Assembly (NCBI GenBank): GCA_001661245.1
Contig: KV454012.1
Coordinates: forward strand, 1,198,848 to 1,262,847
Reading direction: 5' to 3'
From: Pachysolen tannophilus NRRL Y-2460
Lineage: Eukaryota
Length of the DNA stretch: 64,000 bases
The position numbers and the translations under genes were made by a program. Of this stretch, positions 55,963 through 64,000 are shown one piece after another; the stretch's first letter is position 1, and every line of letters starts with the position of its first letter. Under the pieces are notes generated by a model. It was not told the origin of the DNA. It ran no database searches and saw only the letters and a program-made list of their open reading frames with translations.

Positions 55963-56357
55963 TCATTTCTCAATAGAACTATTCAAATTCTCTAATTTCT
56001 TCATCTCTTCAAAAGGATCAAAATTACCTGTTGATAATTTTTCATATTGTTCATCATATTTACCAGTACTTAAAGCACCATTACCTCTAATTCTCTTCTT
56101 AGGATCAACAATACCTCTTTTACATTCTAAAAAAGTCTTTAACTGAGCTTTACACAATTCTGGTAAATCTTTACTCAATTTAGGATTCTCAATACATTCT
56201 TTTGGTTTATTTCTCTCTATTAACACACATGGAGATCTCTGAAGACAAATTGCAACTTGTTTTAATTGATCTTTACAACTAATTAAAAGAGTTAGAACAT
56301 TATCTTCTTATAATCCAATTTGCAAAACTTGAAAACATAAACTTACCTCGCAACCAT
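55963..56357 (-). CDS. PET191: Cytochrome c oxidase assembly factor Pet191. Exon 1 56347-56357, intron 56279-56346, exon 2 55963-56278.
   Basis: Spliced product is MVAS-CKDQLKQVAICLQRSPCVLIERNKPKEC...DLPELC..FLECKRGIVD. GTAAGT donor, TTCTAAC branch candidate, TAG acceptor. Confidence 0.95.
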
Positions 56358-56592
56358 ATTACCACAACCAATACAAATATGCCTATTATCACTAACTATT
56401 TCAAACTTATACCTATATTGTATCTATTCAATATCAACTGTAAAAGATAAAGATATTTTTGATTTTGATTTTGGTTTTTTCTTTTTTTTTTACTAGTATT
56501 TTTCGAATAAATAATTATATTTTATACCAAAAGATTAAAGCAAATCTTTTTACAAAGAACAAAAGATATATTGAATCAAAAGATGTTATAAT

Positions 56593-59500
56593 ATGACTAT
56601 AAACTTCTTGCCGGGGAATCCAGAATCTAGTTTAACAAGTGTGTGTTATGCAAATTGGCATAGTTTAGATATATTGTCGTATTGTTCAGGTAATAATTTG
56701 ATAATTATCATTAAGAACTTTCAATTTTTACAAACTATATATTTGGATGCCGATTGTTCATGTTGTGATATTAATAAACATAATGGTAAAATTGCCATTA
56801 CAGTTGCAGATAAGGTATTTATTTATAGACCAGATGTTCAAAATTATTTTGATTTTAAGTTTAATGGTAATGGGAAAAATTTAGGTTTGTTGAATGTTAG
56901 ATGGGAGTTGGAGATGACCATTATAAATGATCTTGACCATTCTAAGATCAATTGTATAAATTGGTCTGCAAATTGTGACTTGAAGAATAGTGAAGATAGT
57001 GATGATGAGGATGATTCTAAAACGAGAAAAGATGCTCCGGAAGAATTTAATACAGAGACAAATTCTGAATTAATAGTTGGATCTGATAAGTCTTTATCTT
57101 TTTGGAGACTTTTTTATAAAAATAAATCTTCTCCAACGAATAAAAAATTACATCCAAAATTGTTGTGGTTTAAAGAGCAACCTTCACCTATTTATTTGGT
57201 AAAAATTTCTCCTGATTCAGGTTTAATAGCGAGTTGTGGGAAATTTGATAAATTAGTTAAAATTTGGAAAAGACTTTCATTTGGTATTGAAAATGCAGAA
57301 TTTGATTTAAATTATTTAAAACATTCCCATTTTATAACAAACTTTAGATGGAAACTAACAAATGATGATTCAACAGATTTGCCCAAGGATCAAAGTGAAA
57401 TTTCAAATAGTGTATATTCTTCATTAAGTACACCAAGTTTATCGAGTACGAATTCAAAAGAAGTCAATACCTTATATACATTAACTACAGACTCAATAGT
57501 AAGAATATGGTCATCTTTTGAACTTGATAATAAACATTTTACACAATTCAATGGTGCATTAGATTTATTTGAAAATGGCGGTAGAGAATTTTGTACAAGT
57601 GGTTCAAATAAAACAACTGAAGACTTTAGATTTTTTGCAGTAATGGATAATTCGGTTGTTAATTTTTGCCTTAATAAGATGATAGATAATCTTATAGTAG
57701 AACAGGAACAACTTTTAAGGAATGGTAAAAATTTTTCATCAAGAAGGGGAAGCGGTAGCAGCATAACTTCATATTTGCAAGATAAAGAATTAAAATTAAC
57801 CAAACTATTAAATCAATCAATAGAATTATGTTTTGTGATTGATAAAGCGGGTTCAGTCCTTTTATACCTGATTGAAAATTTATCCATTAATCCACCAAAG
57901 TTGGCCAAGATAATAAAATTAAATAAAGAAAATAATATCAATGACTTAAGTTTAGGCCCAAACTGCTTCCCAAAACATGCTAAATATCTATCTTTCCAAG
58001 ATTTTGTCATATCAAGTCATTATAATTCTGTAACAGAAGAAACCGATAATTATATCAATCTCATAGTTCATGATTTGGAGAAAGGATCTATTAGACATAT
58101 TGAATTTACACTTAATGAAATATTCGATTCTATGTTTACTGTGAATGATACATCAGACAATAATTCTGCCTTCAGTGATTCCACCGTTAATAGTTTTCTA
58201 AGTAATTCCCATAGAAATGGAAATGGTTATTATCTTTCCCGCAATCAAAATAATTATAAAACTGAACATAATCGCGATTTTATTGGCACTTTACAACACA
58301 AATTTACAGGTCACAACAAGTCAATTAAAAGGTTGATTAGATCAAATGATGGTTCATCGCTTTTATCACTAACAAGATTTTCTGAAAGTTTTTTATGGTG
58401 TCCTATTAAATTAGGTAATACAAAAAGATCAAAGCATCATTCTTCCAAACATAAATCTCATCATTTACAATGTAATGATGCAATTAGCGGGAATACTTTA
58501 AGTCGTAAATCAGTTATTAAGACTTCTCTGCCCATTTTGGATGCTATAATATTAAATAAAAATGGTCATTACGTTATTTCTTTGATTGAAAATGAAATCA
58601 TATTATGGAACTGCATAGCAAAAAAAAAAAAATAGCTGAAAAAGTGGCTTCTTTAGTTACAAATATTAATTATAAACCTTTGAGTTTTATATTACTCCCC
58701 GAGGTTTCAAATAATACTAAAAACATTTACCATGTCGTTTCAATATACTCCAAAAAAGAAATCAAATCTTGGGAAATCGAAATAGGAGACTCGCATAAAG
58801 CTACCGCTATACGCAATTTTGAAATTGACAGCTTACCTTCTGAACAAGAAGATATATTGAGAATTTCACCCATTGATCCAGTCGGTTGGAATAATACTAT
58901 TGATTATGAAGATTCAAACCTATATAAATATGATATAAAATCTTCAATTCAGAGACCTGTGTTATCAATAATTGATAATAAGGGGAACTTGAGAATCTAC
59001 TCGATGAATATAGTTGGAGGAAATAGAATAGAGTGGATATTGAAAAGCTTGACAAGAACTAATATTAAAAATTGTAAGTTTTTCAGAGGATCAACTTTAA
59101 ACAAAATCGCAGTAGTTGATGAATCATCTAAAAAATTGTTCATTTGGGACTCAATGACAAAACTTTTGGAATATGAAGAAGAATTTGATCTGATTATCCA
59201 AGATTTGGATTGGACTTGCACAAATACTGACTTTAGATCGATATTAGCTGTTGGCTTTCAATCACGTGTGTTATTGTATACACAGCTAAGATATGACTAT
59301 ACCAATGAATCACCATCTTACGGTCCTATTAGATCAATTGATGTATCTGAGCTGACTTCACATAATATTGGAGATTCTATTTGGTTAGAAGATGGTACCT
59401 TAGTTATTGGTTCTGGGAATCAATTTTTTGTTATCGATAAGTCAATTGATGTTTCCAAAGATTTCTTATCACAAAGAGCAATTGGTTCTAAACAGATTAT

Positions 59501-61175
59501 AAGTGATGATATTTTTTCTTTATGTTCTGTTTTAAATGGTCCTTTACCTATTTTTCATCCTCAGTTTTTAATTCAATCATTGTTTTTAGAAAAACATGAA
59601 ATTGTCAAAAAAATTTTAGTTTTATTAAATGAAAAGCTAAGGTCTGTCGAATTAGACCCTGATGGTGATATCTTAACAGATATAAATAGTACATTAGGTA
59701 TTGATATTGATAAGCTTACTATTGAATTTAGTGATAATAATGATATCAGTGATAGTGGTTTTCAAAACCATAAATTGAAAAAACAAAACTATCAGTCTTT
59801 GTTTATTGATGGTAAAAATGATGGTGAAGATCATAAAATTTTTGATAAAAACTTGGCATTTTCTTTAATTGAAAAATTACAAAAAATGAAATTACCATTT
59901 TTAACAAGACATCAACAGATTACATTAGTTTCTGTAATAGAAACTGTATTAGACATTGATATTAATTACAAAAAAATTTTGGATAGTAATGGGTTAAGGT
60001 ATTATTTAGGTATGAAATTATTTCAATTAAATGCAACAAAAATTAAAAATGATCATTCTTTAATTTCAATTAGAGATATCAATTTTGCTTTACATAGTGG
60101 GAATAAGGATATTTTATTAAATATTGTAAATGAAATATCACATTTTGAACTTAATTGGTTAACAACGAAAAAATTAGGTTTAGTTTATTGGTTATCAAAT
60201 GGTAAATTGGTTGAAATTTTTGAAAAAATTGCTAAATTTGAATTTTTAAAATCTTCTGAAAGATTTAAAGATCCTTCAAAATGTTCAATTTTTTATTTGG
60301 CATTAAAGAAAAAGCAAATTTTAATTGGATTATGGAAAACAGCCACTGGTCATCCTGAACAACAAAAAATGGTTAAATTTTTAAGTAATGATTTTAAAGA
60401 AAGAAGATGGAAAACTGCTGCTTCTAAAAATGCATTTGCCTTGATGGGTAAACATCGTTATATTGAAGCTGCATGTTTTTTCCTTTTGGGAGATTCTTTA
60501 AAAGATTGCTGTAATGTTTTAATAAGACAAGTTAAAGATTTACAATTAGCAATTGGTGTTTCTAGGTGTTATGAAGGGAACGATGAAGGAGCCGTTTTCA
60601 AAGATATTTTAACATCTTATCTTTTACCGATTTCAATTCGTGATAACGATCGTTGGCTTAGAAGCCTTATCTATCATATGCTTGGGCAAAGAGAAAATTC
60701 AATTCAATGTTTAATCAGTGACGAAGAAGAAGTAGAAGAAGAAATAGAAGAAGAAAATGATGATGATGAAGAAGAAGAAGAACATACATCTTTGAGAAAA
60801 TCATTTTTAGAGTATGATCCAGTATTAATTGTATTATACAAGAATTTAAGACTACAAGGAGTCTCATCACCAAATGAATATAAATTCATTTTAAAGATAA
60901 TTTCAATCTACAATAGAATGGGTTGTGATCTACTATCTCTATATATTGTGAAAAATTGGAAATTCAAATACGATTTTATGGGCCAAAGTAACAACAACAA
61001 CCTTAAAAAAATTTCTTCACATACTTTCCAAACACCGTCTACAACCGTTCCAAATAATTCAACCAATACAACTCCATCAAATCAAGAACAAAAAATCGGT
61101 AGTGGCTTTGAAAAGAAAAAATTTGTGGAACCTCCTTCTTCTTTGGAGTTTGACATGGGTGCATTTGAATTTTAG
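56593..61175 (+). CDS. RAV1: RAVE complex subunit Rav1, apparently frameshifted at an A13 run (58620-58632)
   Basis: N part: MTINFLPGNP, SYCSGNNL, FTGHNKSI. C part: DLDWT, LYTQLRYDYTN, IGDSIW, LNGPLPIFHPQFL, FYLALKKK, RWKTAASKNAFALMGKHRY. Confidence 0.9.
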
Positions 61176-61501
61176 ATTAAAAAAAAAAAAAAAAAGAAAT
61201 AAGAACGTGCGTTTACGAGAGAAATATGTATATAATATATATATATATATATATTTATAAATGGCTGGTGTGTATAGTCATGTAGATAGAGAAGTAACAT
61301 TGAAACAAAAACAAAATCTCATCTTTTGCTCAATCATTAAGGGCTCATTCGTTTACGTCATGTAATATATAATTAATTAATCCGTTTCCCCAATGTGGGT
61401 TTAATTGAAAAGAATTAAAAAAAACCCCTTTCGTGCAGTTTCGTACAGATGAACTGTAATTCCCGAATGTTTGTATATGCAGTTGAGGTTATTTTCTGTT
61501 T

Positions 61502-61656
61502 CTCCGCCTAAATTCCCGCCTTTAAAAAAAATTCCCGCCCCTAAAAATTCCCGCTCTTGGTTCCCGTTGATGTTCCCGCTTTGGTTCCGTTAAAATTCGG
61601 CTCAAGTTTTGCCTTTGGTTCCGCCTTGGGGTCCGCCCCTGGGTTCCTTCCGCCTT
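61502..61656. repeat. Same-strand cluster of TTCCCGC/TCCGCC motifs
   Basis: TTCCCGC at 61513, 61532, 61548 and 61573. TTCCCGT at 61561. TCCGCC at about 61503, 61620, 61632 and 61649. Confidence 0.75.
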
Positions 61657-62138
61657 TTACCTTAAAAGGAGAATATTATTTTTACGCTCCGTATAGTTGG
61701 CCGGCTGCAAAGAACGAATAAACGAGGCATCCAAACAACACAACGAGTTAGTTATTATTTATTAATTACTAAGAGATTTGTAATTGATCAGTCAGTCAAG
61801 TCTTTTTTTTTTTTTAGTTTGAATTTTCTTTTTTAAAAAAAAAAAGTAAAAAAAAAAGTAAATTCTAATATTTAGAGAGTTTGTGTTGTACGGTAGTGGT
61901 TAGTTAACTCTGCATTTAATTTAATTAGTGTGTGGTTTTTGGTGGTTTGGCTTACCCCAGCAATTTTATATTTCATCATTATCGTACTTGAAGATATTTA
62001 TATAAATTAGACTTTTGCTGAAAAGTTAGACCTTTTCTATTTTGGGCAATTGTTCCCTTTTATAAGTGTTAACAGATTAACTGTTTGATTTGCTTTCTAG
62101 AAGATCATTTTTAATTTGAACCAGTCCATCATTTAAGT

Positions 62139-62169
<31 letters not shown>

Positions 62170-62428
62170 TCTCGATAATCATAAGGGATTAGTATATTGT
62201 TGTTTAATATTTGTACTGTGTTAAAATTTGATTTTCATTTTATTGGTTTTGTTGTGAAATATAATTTACATGTTACCTTGAGCAATAATGTCATTTTAGA
62301 TTTTAAAGATAAGATAACCAATTCACTAAGAAGGAATTTTAATTGAAAGATTCTTGTTTATTATAAATATATTTTCAATTATCAAAAATCAATATTATTA
62401 TTATCAGCAGGTTTTTTTTTTATGTGAG

Positions 62429-62946
62429 ATGCTGCCTTATAATTTTCGAAATTTCAAATTACAATCCCTTATAAAGGATTTAATAGTATTTAATTCTCCG
62501 TGGTTAATGATTCTTATGGTTAAAGATTTATTAAATTATTTTAGTCTGCATAAAAAGAGTAAGTTTTAAGAGTTTAATAGTTTTTCAGTTTTCTTCTTCA
62601 TTAAGAGAATCATTCATGGATTTTTACTAACAGTTTTTGTAAATGGGTGAAGCATCAGTTGTTGGCTTTTCTGGTATATTAACACGATTGATCTCGCATG
62701 GTTGGTTATCCAACATTATTGGGTTGATCCTGTAAGTTTTTATCAAATTAAAAAATTAATACTTATAAAAGTCTTACTCCTTATTAATAAAGATTACTAA
62801 CTTTTCCTTTTTTTAGTTTATCTGCTTATATTGGAGCTGCTTTGTTTATTGTTATTTACTTGATAATTTTTTACTCAATGTGCTTATACCAATCTGTTGG
62901 CCAAAAATGGATTGTTGTTAAAAAATTTATAGACCAATTGCTCTGA
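62429..62946 (+). CDS. Predicted 3-exon small membrane protein (110 aa). Exons 62429-62558, 62659-62731, 62817-62946.
   Basis: Two introns, each GTAAGT...TACTAAC...YAG. Exon lengths 130+73+130=333 nt give an open frame ending in TGA, with hydrophobic C-terminal segments. The start codon is uncertain. Confidence 0.7.
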
Positions 62947-63142
62947 GTTTAAAAAGAGTTTGCTAATTTTTTTTTTTTTTCTTTTCAAAAAAAGTTGATT
63001 TGTATTGCTTGTAATGAACTTTTCATTTTAGTTCTTTTTCTCTTTCTAGACTCGTTGATTTCACTTTTTTTTTTTATTATTATTATTATTCAATTATATA
63101 TGTATCTTACCCAGATAGAATTTTGAAATTGGTAAAGCCAAA

Positions 63143-63175
<33 letters not shown>

Positions 63176-63229
63176 AAGTTAAATAGTTTTAACAGAGTTC
63201 CCAACTTATATTATGATATTAAATTATTA

Positions 63230-64000
63230 TTATTTTATTCTTGAACTTTCCCACATTTTTTCTAAACTTTTTTTGAAAACACAAACATTATGATCGATTA
63301 TTGATAATTGAGTTTTAACATTATCATCAATTTCCTTTTGAGATAAATTTGAAGTATCACCATTATCAATTCTAACTAAAGCTACTAATGCTAAACCTCT
63401 TATCATTTGATGTAAATATAAAATTGTTCCATTTTTCAATTTTGAAATACATTTTATTGGTTTATTATTTTTATCTTCTAATAATAATTTTTCCAGTCCA
63501 GTTTCATATAAACCATCTAAATCTATTGTAACATCAATAAATTCTGCACAAACTTCATAAGTTTGAATATCAACTGGAGAAGAATCTGTTGCAACATAAA
63601 TTTTAGAATTTATATCAAAAAGAAAAATTTTTTCAAATTTATTATATTGTATAAGTAAATCTAATAAATTTTCTAATGCTGGAAGTTCAAAAATTAATTT
63701 TTGAATTATTCTTGAAAAAGCTTCATAAATTGAATGATCAAAAATTGAAGTTAAATAAAATGAAACTTGAACACCTTCTAATCCTAAATCTAATAATTCA
63801 TCTCCAACTCTTTGCATAATATCTCTTTGTGTATCCATTCTAAAATCTTCAGATAATCCATCAATTTTATGAATTAATACTTCAATATGTATTTTTGGAT
63901 TTATTCTATAAGCATATTCAACAATCATAGAAACATTAGTCAAAGCATTTAAATATTCATCTTGAGAATCAATAACATAAACTAATGCACCAATTGATGA
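63230..64000 (-). CDS. GTR2: Rag GTPase Gtr2 (RagC/D), 3' part; the start lies beyond the window
   Basis: GALVYVIDSQDEYLNAL, EVLIHKIDGLSEDFR, FYLTSIFDHSIYEAFSRIIQKL, SKIYVATDSSPVD. Confidence 0.95.
   Translation of the reverse strand, partial: SSIGALVYVIDSQDEYLNALTNVSMIVEYAYRINPKIHIEVLIHKIDGLSEDFRMDTQRDIMQRVGDELLDLGLEGVQVSFYLTSIFDHSIYEAFSRIIQKLIFELPALENLLDLLIQYNKFEKIFLFDINSKIYVATDSSPVDIQTYEVCAEFIDVTIDLDGLYETGLEKLLLEDKNNKPIKCISKLKNGTILYLHQMIRGLALVALVRIDNGDTSNLSQKEIDDNVKTQLSIIDHNVCVFKKSLEKMWESSRIK

Noticed and set aside
116..60889. Many short ORFs (60-144 aa) overlapping real genes, and TTG/GTG starts in the ORF track
   Set aside because: These are antisense or off-frame shadows of real CDSs with no motifs. 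Eukaryotic genes were re-started at ATG.
61640..61675. GCCTTTTAC, identical to U5 snRNA loop 1
   Set aside because: The flanks do not form the U5 stem around the loop. The sequence is part of the local TCCGCC motif cluster.

Overview
This is very AT-rich budding-yeast (Saccharomycotina) nuclear DNA with spliceosomal introns (GTATGT/GTAAGT...TACTAAC...YAG) and one assembly gap (7797-8228). CTG codons mostly fall where Ala fits better than Leu, which points to the CUG-Ala clade (Pachysolen-like, NCBI table 26). The ORF track therefore probably mistranslates CTG. Gene order: IRA2-like (partial), RPL27, PKH1/2, orphan, WRS1, RIB3, VPS60, COQ3, VPS72, BNA3, AVT7, dipeptidyl peptidase III, formate/nitrite transporter, Mpv17/PMP22, orphan, HCH1, YHC3/BTN1, MET30, Zn2Cys6 TF, CUE3, tRNA-Thr, NSA1, tRNA-Cys, MCM7, RAD26, Zn2Cys6 TF, group II PLP decarboxylase, PET191, RAV1, a 3-exon small membrane-protein gene absent from the ORF track, and GTR2 (partial). 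The main anomaly is that two conserved genes have their halves on opposite strands with no gap at the junctions. RPL27 exon 1 is on the minus strand, downstream of and facing exon 2 on the plus strand. The CUE3 N-terminal half is on the minus strand and the C-terminal half on the plus strand. Each is explained by an inversion of about 1 kb, which could be a misassembly, a recent real inversion, an invertible switch or, for RPL27 only, trans-splicing. Gene identities are from recalled homolog sequences, not database searches.
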